Shown piece after piece: positions 10,801 through 23,995 of a stretch of DNA of 64,000 bases. The stretch's first letter is position 1. Every line of letters starts with the position of its first letter. The position numbers and the translations under genes are program-made. Under the pieces are notes generated by a model. That model was not told the DNA's origin, made no database searches, and saw only the letters and a program-made list of their open reading frames with translations. Source of the DNA: Alphaproteobacteria bacterium (lineage in GTDB: Bacteria; Pseudomonadota; Alphaproteobacteria; UBA828); contig CBDEFM010000002.1 of assembly GCA_965237415.1 (NCBI GenBank), forward strand, positions 1,248,001 through 1,312,000. The letters run 5' to 3'.

Positions 10801-12404
10801 GCTTCAAGGTGTCGGAGGAGATCGCCCGCCTAAGGCTTTCCACGCCGGGGGTCACGCTCATCTCGCCGCCGCCGCACCACGACATCTACTCGATCGAAGA
10901 CCTCGCGCAGCTCATCTACGACCTGAAGCAGATCAACCCCCACGCGAGAGTCACGGTCAAGCTCGTGGCAGAGGCCGGCATCGGCACCATCGCCGCCGGA
11001 GTCGCCAAGGCCAAGGCCGACGTGGTCCTCGTCTCCGGCCATGACGGCGGCACCGGCGCATCGCCCCAGAGCAGCGTGAAATATGCTGGCGTGCCCTGGG
11101 AGATGGGCCTCGCCGAAGTGCATCAGGTGCTCACGCTCAACCGCCTGCGCCATACCGTGACGCTCCGCGTCGATGGCGGCATCAAGACCGGCCGCGACGT
11201 CGTCACCGCCGCCATGCTGGGAGCCGAGGAGTTCGGCATCGGCACCACCTCGCTGGTCGCCATGGGCTGCATCCTGGTGCGCCAGTGCCACAGCAACACC
11301 TGCCCGGTGGGCGTCTGCACGCAGGACCCGGCGCTCCGCGCCAAGTTCGAGGGCACGCCGGAGAAGGTGGTCAACCTGTTCACCTTCATCGGCGAGGAGG
11401 TGCGCGAGATCCTGGCATCGCTCGGGGCTTCGACGCTCGACGAGATCGTCGGGCGCACCGACCTCTTGCGCCAGGTCAGCCGGGGCAGCGCCGATCTCGA
11501 CGATCTCGACCTCAACCCACTGCTGGCCCAGGCGGACCCCGGCGGCCACCCCCGTCACTCGACGCGCAAGGGCCGGATCGCGGTGCCCGACACTCTCGAC
11601 GAGCAGATCATCAGCGACGCCGACGATGCGCTCGAAGTGCCGGAGAAGATGCAGTTCGCCTACACGATCCGCAACACGCACCGCACGATCGGGGCCAAGC
11701 TCTCCTCCCACCTGACCCGTCGCTTCGGCATGTCGGGGCTGCCGCCCGACTACTTCACCGTGAGCCTGCGCGGCTCCGCCGGCCAATCGCTCGGCGCCTG
11801 GGCCGTGCAGGGCCTCAAGATCGTGGTGAGCGGCGACGCCAACGACTATGTGGGCAAGGGGCTTTCCGGCGGCACCATCGTCATACGCATGCCGACCTCT
11901 AGCCCGCTCATCTCCAGCGAAAACACGATCATCGGCAATGTCGTCCTCTACGGTGCCACGAGCGGCAAGTTGTTCGCTGCCGGCCAGGCGGGCGAGCGCT
12001 TCTGCGTGCGCAACTCCGGCGCCCGCGCCGTGGTCGAGGGCTGCGGCTCGAACGGGTGCGAATACATGACCGGCGGTATCGCCGTGATCCTCGGGCCGGT
12101 GGGCCACAATTTCGCGGCCGGCATGACCGGCGGCATGGCCTTCGTCTACGACCCCGACTCCTCCTTCGAGCGCCGCGTCAACGCCGACACCGTGGTCTGG
12201 CAGCGGATCGCCAGCACCTATTGGGAGAACGAGTGCCGGGCCCTGGTCGAGGAGCACCATGCCGAGACCCGCTCTCGCTACAGCGAGCGCCTGCTCGCCG
12301 ACTGGACCCTGGAGATCGGCAAATTCTGGCAAATCTGCCCGCGGGAGATGATCTCCCGTCTCGCCCAACCGCTGGTCGACGAGGCGCAAGCCGAGATCGC
12401 TTGA
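7890..12404 (+). CDS. gltB: Glutamate synthase large subunit
   Basis: HDSCGVG N-terminal Cys, HQRYSTNT, QGAKPGEGGQLPG, CHSNTCPVGVCTQD motifs; 1504 aa. Confidence 0.98.
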   Translation: MSDRKHPPLAQPMVLSGGLYDPSFEHDSCGVGLIASLDGTPRRDVVEAGIAALKAVWHRGAVDADGKTGDGAGIHVEIPQDFFREHVEATGQGTKGGRLAVGMVFLPKTDLGAQDLCRSIVETEILRFGHGIQGWRQVPIDSSVIGEKANASRPEIEQVMVDNERGVDDDQFEIDLYIIRRRIEKQVLDHHITGFYICSLSSRSLIYKGMFLAEQLTAFYPDLLDERFVSRFAIFHQRYSTNTFPTWRLAQPFRMLAHNGEINTVRGNKNWMASHETRAASDVFGAHNNELFPLIEPDTSDSMALDAVLEGVVRAGRSVPAAYSLLIPDAWSKKQDMPANHRAFYNFCNCVMEPWDGPAAVAATDGAWILAGMDRNGLRPMRYSVTAGGMLVVGSETGMVPIPPEQIVENGRLGPGQLICVDLAEGRLYHDREIKDMLAEAKPYASWVADVVDGSALVGGRTEPRMFSRDELRRRQRMVGYSMEELELVLHPMVEAGKEPTGSMGDDTPLAVLSGQYRGLHYYFRQMFAQVTNPPIDSLREYSVMSLLTRLGSMGNIFADEPEQTAFLQLDSPILTNGEFAGLIEHLDDKAVWIDCTFDAAPGRERLTEAIEQIRGQAEEAVRGGATHLILTDEHVSEERAPIPMILAAGGVHSHLVRQRLRTFTSINVRAAECLDVHYFAVLIGVGTTTINPYVALESLADRQERGLFGNRSLADCEERYRSAVDAGLLKILSKMGISVLSSYRSGYNFEAVGLSRALVADFFPGMTARLSGIGLSGIKRRVLLQHRKAYEESPVVLPVGGLLKYRRSGEVHAFDGPLIHMLQSALATDSYATYKKFAEGVYALPPIQIRNLLGFKTERPAIGLEEVESITQIRKRFSSGSMSHGALSKEAHETLAIAMNRIGAASCSGEGGEARERFEPRDNGDNASSATKQIASARFGVTAEYLNHCREIEIKMAQGAKPGEGGQLPGFKVSEEIARLRLSTPGVTLISPPPHHDIYSIEDLAQLIYDLKQINPHARVTVKLVAEAGIGTIAAGVAKAKADVVLVSGHDGGTGASPQSSVKYAGVPWEMGLAEVHQVLTLNRLRHTVTLRVDGGIKTGRDVVTAAMLGAEEFGIGTTSLVAMGCILVRQCHSNTCPVGVCTQDPALRAKFEGTPEKVVNLFTFIGEEVREILASLGASTLDEIVGRTDLLRQVSRGSADLDDLDLNPLLAQADPGGHPRHSTRKGRIAVPDTLDEQIISDADDALEVPEKMQFAYTIRNTHRTIGAKLSSHLTRRFGMSGLPPDYFTVSLRGSAGQSLGAWAVQGLKIVVSGDANDYVGKGLSGGTIVIRMPTSSPLISSENTIIGNVVLYGATSGKLFAAGQAGERFCVRNSGARAVVEGCGSNGCEYMTGGIAVILGPVGHNFAAGMTGGMAFVYDPDSSFERRVNADTVVWQRIASTYWENECRALVEEHHAETRSRYSERLLADWTLEIGKFWQICPREMISRLAQPLVDEAQAEIA

Positions 12405-12487
12405 GCCGGCCGCCGAGGCGCAGGATGAGGAAGCGCGCCACGGGTTTCGGCTGGAAAAGCGAGCGGTAGCGGCGGAACGCGCTTCTC

Positions 12488-13609
12488 TCAGTTTGCGTCG
12501 TCGGAATCTTCAGCCGCTTCTCCACGCGCCGCCGCAAAAACTTCGAGGCTCCCCTCCGCGATCGCGGCGCGCAGATCGGCCATCAGCCGCTGATAGAAAT
12601 AGAGATTGTGCTGGGTCAACAGGATCGGGCCCAGCATCTCGCCCGTGCGGAACAGGTGGTGCAGGTAGGCGCGGCTGTAGTCCGCGCACGTCGGGCAGGC
12701 GCAGGCGGCATCGACCGGCGATGAGTCCTCGGCGTGGCGGGCGTTGCGCATGTTGAGAGTGCCGCGCGCGGTATAGGCACGCGCGGTGCGGCCGGAGCGG
12801 GTGGGCAGCACACAGTCGAAGAGGTCGATCCCGCGGCGGACAGCCTGCACGATGTCGTCCGGCGTGCCCACGCCCATCAGGTAACGCGGCCGCTCTGCCG
12901 GCAGCGCGCCTTCCAGCCCGTCGAGCACGGCCAGCATGCGCGCCTGGCCCTCGCCCACCGCTAGCCCGCCCACGGCATAGCCATCGAAGTCGATCTCCGT
13001 CAGCGCTGCCGCCGATTCCGCCCGCAACGCCGGAAAGACGCCGCCCTGCACGATGCCGAAGAGCCCATAGCCCGGCCGCGGCACGAACGCGTCCTTGCAG
13101 AGCGCGGCCCAACGCATCGAGCGGCGCATGGCCTTCGCGGCCTCGTCTTCGCTCGCCGGCCAGCGCGTGCATTCATCCAGCACCATGGTGATGTCGCTGC
13201 CCAGCTGATGCTGAATCGCCACGGCGCCCGCCGGGGTCAGATGGTGACGCGAGCCGTCGGTATGCGCGCGGAACACGACGCCGTCCTCCTGGACGGTGCG
13301 GAGCTGGGCGAGCGACATCACCTGGAAGCCGCCCGAGTCGGTGAGGATGGGCCCCGGCCAGTTCATGAATTTGTGCAGGCCGCCGAGGCGCGCGATGCGC
13401 TCTGCGCCGGGCCGGATCATCAGGTGATAGGCGTTGCCGAGCACCATCTCAGCGCCGCTCGCCCGCACGGCATCGACCGTGAGGCCCTTGACCGCCGCCT
13501 GTGTCCCCACCGGCATGAAGGCGGGCGTGCGCACAGGCCCGTGGGCGGTCTCCAGCCGGCCGAGCCTAGCCCGGCCATCCGTCGCCTCCACGGAGAAGCC
13601 GAGCGTCAT
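12488..13609 (-). CDS. tgt: tRNA-guanine(34) transglycosylase
   Basis: [25 protein letters not shown] motifs and CACPTC zinc site; overlaps the queA stop. Confidence 0.96.
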   Translation of the reverse strand: MTLGFSVEATDGRARLGRLETAHGPVRTPAFMPVGTQAAVKGLTVDAVRASGAEMVLGNAYHLMIRPGAERIARLGGLHKFMNWPGPILTDSGGFQVMSLAQLRTVQEDGVVFRAHTDGSRHHLTPAGAVAIQHQLGSDITMVLDECTRWPASEDEAAKAMRRSMRWAALCKDAFVPRPGYGLFGIVQGGVFPALRAESAAALTEIDFDGYAVGGLAVGEGQARMLAVLDGLEGALPAERPRYLMGVGTPDDIVQAVRRGIDLFDCVLPTRSGRTARAYTARGTLNMRNARHAEDSSPVDAACACPTCADYSRAYLHHLFRTGEMLGPILLTQHNLYFYQRLMADLRAAIAEGSLEVFAAARGEAAEDSDDAN

Positions 13610-14634
13610 GTCGCCTCCTCGCGCGCAAGCAGGCAGGCGTCGCCGTAGGAATAGAAGCGGTAGCCCTCGGCCAGCGCCTCTGCGTAGGCCGCCTTCATCC
13701 ACTCGGTGCCGGCGAAGGCCGAGACCAGCATGAAGAGCGTCGAGCGGGGCAGGTGGAAATTGGTCAGCATCAGATCGACCGTCTTGAAACGGTAGCCCGG
13801 CTTAATGAAGAGATCGACCTCGCCCGAGAACGCTTCGACGGTGCCGTTGGGCCGCGCCGCGCTCTCCAGCAGCCGCACGACCGTGGTGCCCACCGCGACG
13901 ATGCGCCCGCCGGCGGCCCGACAACCGTTGATGGCGGCGGCGGCATTGGGCGCCAGCTCGCAGGCCTCCGCGTGCATCGGGTGATCGGCAGTATCCTCCA
14001 CCGAGACAGGCAGGAACGTGCCGGCACCGACGTGGAGGGTGACGAAGCGCCGGCCGATGCCGCGCGCGTCGATCGCCTGCAGCAGGCGGTCGGTGAAGTG
14101 AAGGCCAGCCGTCGGCGCGGCGACGGCACCCTCCCGCCGCGCGAACACGGTCTGATAGTCATCGCGGTCGTGCGCATCGGCCGCGCGGCGGATATAGGGT
14201 GGCAAAGGCATGGCGCCATGGCTCTGGAGCGCCTCGGCGAGCGCCGCGCCACCCCGATCGAAGACAAGGCTCACCTCCGGCCCGTCGCGCGCCTCGACGG
14301 CGGCCGAGAATTCGTCGGCAAAGTGGATCACGTCGCCCGGCCTCAGCCGCCGCGCCGGCTTGGCGAATGCCTGCCAGCACCCGTTCGACCGTTGCCGGTG
14401 CAACGTGAGCTCGACTCTCGCCTCGCCCCTCACGCCCACCAGGCGCGCCGGGATCACCCGCGTGTCGTTGAAAACCATCAGGTCTCCCGGCCGCAGCAGG
14501 GCCGGAAGGTCGGCCACCCTGCGATGGGCGAGGCCGGCGGAGAGATCGAGGAGGCGCGCGGAATCGCGCGGACGGGCCGGGCGCATCGCGATCGCCTCGC
14601 GCGGGAGGTCGAAATCGAAGGCGTCGACCCGCAC
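13606..14634 (-). CDS. queA: S-adenosylmethionine:tRNA ribosyltransferase-isomerase
   Basis: [36 protein letters not shown] motifs. Confidence 0.97.
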   Translation of the reverse strand: MRVDAFDFDLPREAIAMRPARPRDSARLLDLSAGLAHRRVADLPALLRPGDLMVFNDTRVIPARLVGVRGEARVELTLHRQRSNGCWQAFAKPARRLRPGDVIHFADEFSAAVEARDGPEVSLVFDRGGAALAEALQSHGAMPLPPYIRRAADAHDRDDYQTVFARREGAVAAPTAGLHFTDRLLQAIDARGIGRRFVTLHVGAGTFLPVSVEDTADHPMHAEACELAPNAAAAINGCRAAGGRIVAVGTTVVRLLESAARPNGTVEAFSGEVDLFIKPGYRFKTVDLMLTNFHLPRSTLFMLVSAFAGTEWMKAAYAEALAEGYRFYSYGDACLLAREEAT

Positions 14635-14658
14635 CGATGGCCGCCGGCGCCGCCTGCC

Positions 14659-15157
14659 TCAGGGAGACGCCGTCCCGAACCGCTCGGCGAGGCGGCGGGC
14701 GATCATCGGCGAGACGAAGCTCGAGACGTCGCCGCCGAGGGAGGCGATCTCCTTGACCAGCTTGGAGGCGATGAAGTGATGGCGCTCCGACGCCATCAGG
14801 AACACGGTCTCCACGCCCTGGTCGAGCCTGGCGTTCATGCCCGCCATCTGGAACTCGTACTCGAAATCGGACACCGCCCGGAGCCCGCGCACGATGACCG
14901 TGGCGCCGACCTCGTGGACGAAGTGCATGAGCAGGCTGTCGAAGCGGCGGACCTCCAGCTGCGGCGGTTCGAGCCCGAGCGCCGCGAGGTCCTGCGCGGT
15001 CAGCGCCACCCGCTCGTCCACGTCGAAGAGCGGGCTCTTGCCCGCGTTGCCGGCGACCGCCACGACCAGCCGGTCCACCACCCTGAGGGAACGCCTGATG
15101 ATGTCCTGGTGGCCCGTGGTGATCGGGTCGAAGGTCCCGGGATAGAGGCCAACCCTC

Positions 15158-15165
<8 letters not shown>
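14659..15165 (-). CDS. coaD: Pantetheine-phosphate adenylyltransferase
   Basis: [12 protein letters not shown] and [12 protein letters not shown] motifs. Confidence 0.97.
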
Positions 15166-17872
<2,707 letters not shown>

Positions 17873-18202
17873 TGACCGGAAAGATTATTGAAAGACAAGG
17901 AATTAGGCCGCGCTCTGCGACTCGATCCTTACGCCTTTGAGACTACAGCAAACGCCCTCGCTTCACAATGTTGCGGGCGCGAAATACCGAGCCGTCGGCG
18001 GACCCGTCGATCCCGGTTTCCGGCAGCCGAACGACGTGCTTTCGACACCGTTGGGGATGGCAGCAAACATCCCCTAATCCTGTCGGCTCTGATCGCTCTC
18101 CAGCCAACGCGATTTCACAGCACAAGACTTCCGACACCCGTCTCCTCGCGGCCCACGTGTATTCCGTCCACGTGCGCGGGCTCACGATCCGAGCGGAACA
18201 CT

Positions 18203-18464
18203 AATTTCAAGTGGGATTCGGCGGGATTAAGTGGGATAAGTGGGATTCCGCGCGGGAAAAGGTCGTGCGCGCCCGAAGGGGTCGTGCGCACTTGGAACAT
18301 GCTCGTGCGCTCGAAGGGTCGTGTAGGCGGGAAATGGTCTCGCGCGCCCATCCCGATGATGCTACCCCCGCGCGCATCCCGCGCATGTGGCCCGCTCGCT
18401 CTCGCCCTGCATGACGCGATCATGGCGCATAAGCCTCGCTCCCTGCATTGCAACATGGTCCGGG
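18203..18464 (-). repeat. Dispersed repeat family A copy 3 (inverted, diverged)
   Basis: Reverse complement reads CCCGGACCATGTTGCAATGCA...GATCGCGTCATGCAG..GCGAGAGCGAGCGGG...CGGAATCCCACTTATCCCACTTAATCCCGCCGAATCCCACTTGAAATT. Confidence 0.8.
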
Positions 18465-18844
18465 GCGTCGACGGACAGCTTCTTCCCTTCCGTCGCCGCT
18501 CGGCAGCACATCAGGCGCTCAGCGCGCGTCCCGCGCGACGGCGGACCCGGCAATCACCTGGTGGCCGAGGGGCTGCGGGTCGCGTTCTGATTGGGGGACG
18601 CGATACGGCGCCTTTGCCCCTGAGTAGCTACGCCCGCGCCACCTGCATCCTCGACGAACTCAGCACTGCTGTGCGGCTCTCGACGGCGTGAAGGATACGC
18701 GATAGCAGCTACGAACGCGACCTCCAGCCCGACGGGGAGAAAACTCGCCCCAACGATGTAACGTCGCCAAGTTAATCATGCTATTAGTCTTGATCCGTCG
18801 CGCGCCATTGCGTCGCTGCGGAGTGACAATCGGGGTACTAGCAA

Positions 18845-19887
18845 ATGAGCTCCAACGACACAAGGGTCTGGGGCATCCATATGGGTGCTCAAGTCGGTTC
18901 AAGACCGGTTGACCACGGCTATGTTGCCATCGGCTGGCCGCAGCTTGGTGACCTATCAAAATATTCCGATAATCGAGAAAGAATAAAGGACGCGCTAACC
19001 CGTCTGATCCCAAACATGAAAGCAGGAGCCGTTCCGGTTAACGCTGGCGTCCTTGTGCGGTTTGCTAACGAAATGACCATCGGGGATATGGTCGTCTATC
19101 CGTCCAAGACTGATAGAATGGTTAACATCGGACGGATCGTGGGCGATTATCAATATTATCATGACGACCCGCATGATTATCCAAATCATCGACCGGTAGA
19201 GTGGCTTGCTCATTTGCCGCGTAATGAGTTCAGCCAATCTGCACTGTACGAGATTGGCTCCTTCATCAGTTTGTTCCGTATCAGGAACCATGCGCGCGAC
19301 TTCTTGAAGAAATTAGATCCGGAAAGAAATTAGATCCATCACATACGGTTGAAAACGTAGAGGGCAGCGAGAACGTCGAACCGGATGATGAGGCTGTAAC
19401 GGGAGGAATTTCTGAACTAGCGGTCGAGGTAGCGGACGATTATATTATTCGCCAAATATTCGAGGGTCTGAGTGGATACGATTTTGAGCATTTTGTCGCA
19501 CATTTGTTGGAGCAGATAGGTTACACTTGTCGCGTTACAAGCAAATCGGGAGATGGTGACGTCGATGTGATCGCCCATAAGGATGTTCTTGGCTTCGAAC
19601 CACCCATACTAAAGGTTCAATGCAAGAAGATAACGTCGAAGATCGGTGATCCGGAAGTGAATCAGCTTCTTGGAACTATTGGGGAAGGAGAATGTGCACT
19701 ATTTGTCACTCTTGGATCGTATAGTTCTAAGGCGCAGCAACTGGAACGCAATAGACCAAAGCTTCGTCTAATTGATGGTGAGCAACTAGTGAAGTTAGTC
19801 AAACAAAATTATAATAATTTGTCTCCCCGATATCGTGCCCTCATGCGCCTCAAGCAGATTTATGTCCCCGACCCTGTTGCTGACTGA
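18845..19887 (+). pseudogene. mrr: Mrr-family (type IV) restriction endonuclease, frameshifted
   Basis: N-domain (VAIGWP, GDMVVYP) and Mrr catalytic domain (FEHFVAHLL..GY, DVD..VQCK) are in different frames; a 17-nt duplication at 19307-19337 causes the shift; lower GC than flanks. Confidence 0.85.
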
Positions 19888-20035
19888 AAGAGATACCATT
19901 CTCGATAAAATCCGTGTCGATGCTATTGGTGGACTTCAGTTACTCCCCAGCCCCGTATTGACCAGGGATCGAGCGGCTTCCAGCCGCATCAGCCCGCGCT
20001 TCTCGGGAAGTCGCCCTATCCGTATGGGGAAACAC

Positions 20036-20125
20036 TGGCGGAGGGGGTGGGATTCGAACCCACGGTACGCTCACGCGTACAACGGTTTTCGAGACCGCCC
20101 CGTTCGACCACTCCGGCACCCCTCC
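20036..20125 (-). tRNA. tRNA-Ser (anticodon CGA)
   Basis: 90 nt GGAGGGGTGCCGGAGTGG...GCGGT-CT-CGA-AA-ACCGT, long variable arm, GGTTCGAATCCC T-arm, encoded CCA. Confidence 0.97.
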
Positions 20126-20160
20126 GCGGTCCACAGCCCGATGGGCAGCGCGGCATCTAT

Positions 20161-21033
20161 CTACGCTGGGGCGGCCTCCTCGGCAACTGCAGTTGCCGCC
20201 ACGCTCCGCTCGTAGCCCGTGAAATCCTCGGTGCCGAGCACGTGGCGCTCCATCCAGGCCGTAAAGCGCGCCCGGTCGCGCGCGATGGCGTCCCACGCCT
20301 CGTAGAACGTGTTGTCCCGCCGGTAGTAGCCGAGCGCGTAGGAAGGCCGGGCGCCGCCCGGCGCCGGCGAGACGGCGCTCACCACCCAGTGCGGCAGGTG
20401 CACGGCGCCCGGCCTCGGCTCCAGCTCGTCCACGATCTCCTCCACCGTGACAAGCACGCGGTGGGACGCGAGCGCCACCTCCTTCTGCACGCCGGAGATA
20501 CCCCACAGCATGACGTTGCCTTTGCGGTCCGCCTGCTGGGCATGGATCACCGCGACATCGGGACGGATGGCGGGGCTGGCCGCGAGCTTCTCGCCGGTGA
20601 AGGGGCAGGTGATGAACTTGATGATCGGGTTGTGCGCCGGCAGGTCGGAGCCGGCATAGCCCCGGATCACCGAGAAGGGCAGCCCGCTCGCGCCCGCGAC
20701 ATAGGCGTTGACGAGGTCGGCGTGGCTCCGCTCCTCGATCTCCAACGGCCGGGGCCAGCCCTTCTCCACCGCATCGCGGAAGCGATGCAGCGAGCCCACC
20801 CCCGGATTGCCGCCCCATGAGAAGACGAGCCGCTTGACGCAGCCCATGCCGATGAGCTGGTCGTAGATCAGGTCCGGTGTCATCCGCACCGCCGTGAGGT
20901 CGCGGAGCCCCGCGCGGATCACGGCATGGCCTGCGGCATGGGGGATCAGGTGGGTGAATCCCTCCATGGCGACCGTGTCGCCGTCCTGGATGAGCGACGA
21001 TACCGCCTCGGCAAGCGGGACGATCTCGGCCAT
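20161..21033 (-). CDS. Family I CoA-transferase subunit A (glutaconate/3-oxoadipate CoA-transferase-like)
   Basis: MEGFTHLIP, RMTPDLIYDQLIG, FSWGGNPGVGSLHR motifs. Confidence 0.88.
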   Translation of the reverse strand: MAEIVPLAEAVSSLIQDGDTVAMEGFTHLIPHAAGHAVIRAGLRDLTAVRMTPDLIYDQLIGMGCVKRLVFSWGGNPGVGSLHRFRDAVEKGWPRPLEIEERSHADLVNAYVAGASGLPFSVIRGYAGSDLPAHNPIIKFITCPFTGEKLAASPAIRPDVAVIHAQQADRKGNVMLWGISGVQKEVALASHRVLVTVEEIVDELEPRPGAVHLPHWVVSAVSPAPGGARPSYALGYYRRDNTFYEAWDAIARDRARFTAWMERHVLGTEDFTGYERSVAATAVAEEAAPA

Positions 21034-21094
21034 GCGCCGGGCCTGCCGTGACGCGGGCGTTGCGGCGAGGGTGGAGTAGACGAGCGCCGGGCGC

Positions 21095-22087
21095 CTAGAA
21101 GCGCACGGGCACGACCGGCGCCTCGCCCTTGGCGATCATCTCGGGGATCGCCGGCGAGGCGTTCTCCCACACCAGCAACATCGAGCGCTTGGGCGAGAAG
21201 CCTTGATGGCGGATGTCGGCCGGCATGCAGGCGACGTCGCCCGCCCGCATGGTCACCACCGCGCGAGGGTCGCCCGACTCCTTGTCCTTGACGTTCCAGA
21301 TGATCTCGTCGGAGAGCTGGATGAACCACTCCACCCGATCGTTGCCGTGCTCCACCGGCAGGCTGAACTCCTCCGAGGTGGGGCAGAAGAGGCTGTCCCG
21401 CAGCACGGTGCAGACCGACGGGTTCCAGGTCACGTCCGAGCGCGAGAGATAGGCGAAGAGGTTGAAGGCCTGCACCTCGCCCTCGCAGCCGGGCTCGGCC
21501 TCGACCTCCGGCTCGTCCTGCTCCACGTCGGCGAACATGCGGTTGACCGGGTAGCCGCTCTCGTCGGTGCGAATCGGCGCATCGTCGGGCAGGCCCACCA
21601 TGCGCTTCGCCATCACCCGCACGCGGCCGAGGGCCTCGGGGTTGCGTCCGCTCTTGCGGCCGAAGGGATGCGCCGTTTCCTGCGGCGCCCTGAACGGGTC
21701 GTAGCCGGCGTTGGTCCAGTCGTCGAGCATCGCCTGGAAGGTCGCCCTGAGGTCGTCGGAGTCCACGGTCTCCTGATAGTCGCGGCCGTTGTCGCGGTAG
21801 GCATCGTTGAAGCGCCCGACATAGAGCTCGACCCGGCCGTAGAGGTTGGTGGTGCCGAACACGTCGTCGAAGTTGATGGTGCCGTAGAAGAAGTTCCACG
21901 CCACCACGCGCACCAGCGCGCGCAGGAAGGCATCCACGGGCATCAGGTGGCTGCCCTCGGGCCAGGTGATATGGGCGAAATACTCGTCGCGGCGGAAGCC
22001 GAAGCCGCCCGTCTGGAAGGTGCGGTAGCCGGTGTAGTTGTCGGGATCGGAGGCCGTGTAGGCTGCCTCAGCCATCTGTGTCGCCAT
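21095..22087 (-). CDS. Hydroquinone 1,2-dioxygenase large subunit (HapD/PnpD-like)
   Basis: FRRDEYF, WNFFYG, LPVEHGNDRVEWF and MPADIRHQG cupin metal ligands. Confidence 0.85.
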   Translation of the reverse strand: MATQMAEAAYTASDPDNYTGYRTFQTGGFGFRRDEYFAHITWPEGSHLMPVDAFLRALVRVVAWNFFYGTINFDDVFGTTNLYGRVELYVGRFNDAYRDNGRDYQETVDSDDLRATFQAMLDDWTNAGYDPFRAPQETAHPFGRKSGRNPEALGRVRVMAKRMVGLPDDAPIRTDESGYPVNRMFADVEQDEPEVEAEPGCEGEVQAFNLFAYLSRSDVTWNPSVCTVLRDSLFCPTSEEFSLPVEHGNDRVEWFIQLSDEIIWNVKDKESGDPRAVVTMRAGDVACMPADIRHQGFSPKRSMLLVWENASPAIPEMIAKGEAPVVPVRF

Positions 22088-22092
22088 CGCGC

Positions 22093-22590
22093 TCACTCCT
22101 CGCCGGTCTGGCAGATCTCGGCCCAGCGCTCGATGGTGAGGGGGCCGTCCATCGTTTGGAACAGGACAACGCTCGGCGCCTCGGCCGAGAAACGGTAGGC
22201 GGCGTGCGCCGGCAGCAGGGTCAGGTGGCCGCGCCCGGCACGCACGCGTCCCATACGCGGGCCTTCGGGCTCGCCCTCCAGCGCGTGCGCGCCGTCGCCT
22301 TCCGGTGCCGGGCCCCCGTGCTTCGCCAGCGCGACCTCGATCTCGCCGTCCAGGCAAAGCGCGAACTCGTCATGGGCCGCCGTGAACCAGGGTGAGGCGC
22401 CTTCCGCCCGCATGATCTCGATCACATATTCCAGGTTCTTGGCCACGCACACCCGCTCGAACGGCGCCGACTTGGAGGCGACCTCGAACGCGTTCGAGAA
22501 GACATAGTTGCGCGGATCGTCGTTGATGATGTGAACGCCGCCCTTGCGGTAGTCGCCGAGCGATCCGAGCTCCGTCTTGTAGTCGGCCAT
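22093..22590 (-). CDS. Hydroquinone 1,2-dioxygenase small subunit (HapC/PnpC-like)
   Basis: DDPRNYVFSN, VAKNLEYVIE, HDEFAL, TIERWAEIC motifs; directly upstream of the large subunit. Confidence 0.85.
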   Translation of the reverse strand: MADYKTELGSLGDYRKGGVHIINDDPRNYVFSNAFEVASKSAPFERVCVAKNLEYVIEIMRAEGASPWFTAAHDEFALCLDGEIEVALAKHGGPAPEGDGAHALEGEPEGPRMGRVRAGRGHLTLLPAHAAYRFSAEAPSVVLFQTMDGPLTIERWAEICQTGEE

Positions 22591-22783
22591 GGGCTTCGTC
22601 TCCTGCCCCTCCTTCGTGTCGTGGCGGCCCACTCTACCCCAAACTGCCCCCGTCGCGGAGCCCGTACGCGGAGCAACCTCCATCTCGGCGGAGAACGTCC
22701 TCCTGTTCTCGCGCTTCTTCGCTTCTCCAGCCCGCCCGCCTACAATCGAACAGCACGGGCACGAAGATCAAGGGGAACGGGCG

Positions 22784-23794
22784 ATGGAAATGGTCATGCG
22801 AAGCTACCCCAACGACTGGGTCGCCAGCTCGATCATGCACCGCAAGGGCATCGGCGGCGGCTCGTCGGGGGTCGCGCACGAGCTGACCGAGGAGAAGCAG
22901 GGCACCTACCTCTACACCATCGGCCCCTACGCCGACCCGGTGCTCTCCATCGAGCCGGGCGACCGGGTGGTCGTCGAGACCCGCGATGCCTTCGAAGGCA
23001 AGATCACGAGCGAGAGCGATGTTCCCTCGGAGCTGCTGGAGGTCCCGTTCCTCAACCCGCAGTGCGGCCCGATCTTCATGGCCGGCGCCGAGAAGGGCGA
23101 CGTGCTTGCGGTCCACATCGAGAGCATGGCCCCGCGCGGGCCCCAGCCCCGCGGCACCTGCTGCATGATCAAGGAGTTCGGCGGGCTGACCGGCACCTAC
23201 TACACCGCGACGCTCAACGAGCCGCTGCCCGAGAAGGTGCGCAAGGTGGAGGTGGACGAGGAGAACGTCTACTGGAGCGACCGGGTCACCCTGCCATACA
23301 AGCCGCACATCGGCACGCTCAGCTGCTCGCCCCAGATCGATTCAATCAACTCGCTGACGCCTGACGATCACGGCGGCAACATGGACTTGCCGGACATGGG
23401 CCCCGGCACGATCACCTACCTGCCGGTGCGTGCGCCGGGCGCGCTGCTCTATATCGGCGATGCCCATGCCTGCCAGGGCGACGGCGAGGTCTGCGGCGTC
23501 GCGGTCGAGTATCCCACCACCACCACGATCACCGTCGACCTGATCAAGGGCTGGACCATCGACTGGCCGCGCCTGGAGGCCGACGACTTCATCATGACGA
23601 TCGGCAGCGCCCGGCCGCTGGAGGACGCGACCCGGATTGCCTATCGCGAGCTGGTGCGCTGGATGGTGAAGGACTACGGCTACGACCAGTGGGACGCCTA
23701 CATGATGCTGAGCCAGTGCGGCAAGGTGCGGCTCGGCAACTTCGTCGATCCCAAGTACACGATGGGCGCGGCGATTCCGAAGAAGTACCTGTAG
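22784..23794 (+). CDS. Acetamidase/formamidase family protein
   Basis: NPQCGP, GGNMD, IGDAHACQGDGEVCGVAVE motifs. Confidence 0.9.
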   Translation: MEMVMRSYPNDWVASSIMHRKGIGGGSSGVAHELTEEKQGTYLYTIGPYADPVLSIEPGDRVVVETRDAFEGKITSESDVPSELLEVPFLNPQCGPIFMAGAEKGDVLAVHIESMAPRGPQPRGTCCMIKEFGGLTGTYYTATLNEPLPEKVRKVEVDEENVYWSDRVTLPYKPHIGTLSCSPQIDSINSLTPDDHGGNMDLPDMGPGTITYLPVRAPGALLYIGDAHACQGDGEVCGVAVEYPTTTTITVDLIKGWTIDWPRLEADDFIMTIGSARPLEDATRIAYRELVRWMVKDYGYDQWDAYMMLSQCGKVRLGNFVDPKYTMGAAIPKKYL

Positions 23795-23995
23795 CGGGTG
23801 CCGAGACTCTGCTCCGCTCGACGGACCTCCCTCCTCGGCGGCCAAACCGCCTATGCACGACCGGCTGACGCGGAACAATCGCCGGGGCGCTGGCGACTGC
23901 GCTTACTCTAAAACGACTTGGGTCCATGCTTAAGCGATTTTTCTCTTGCTTTCGATCTATTGGGCGGAAACACTTGTGTGCCTAACTATCGTGCG

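Noticed and set aside
6445-12404. gltD preceding gltB as an unusual gene order
   Set aside because: This order is normal in many alphaproteobacteria.
19331-19333. Stop-codon readthrough or recoding in mrr
   Set aside because: The downstream domain is in a different frame, and the 17-nt duplication explains the break fully.
17873-20060. att-site duplication of the tRNA-Ser 3' end defining an integrative element
   Set aside because: The only similar string (GTGGGATTCG at 18211) is part of the family A tail; no integrase seen.
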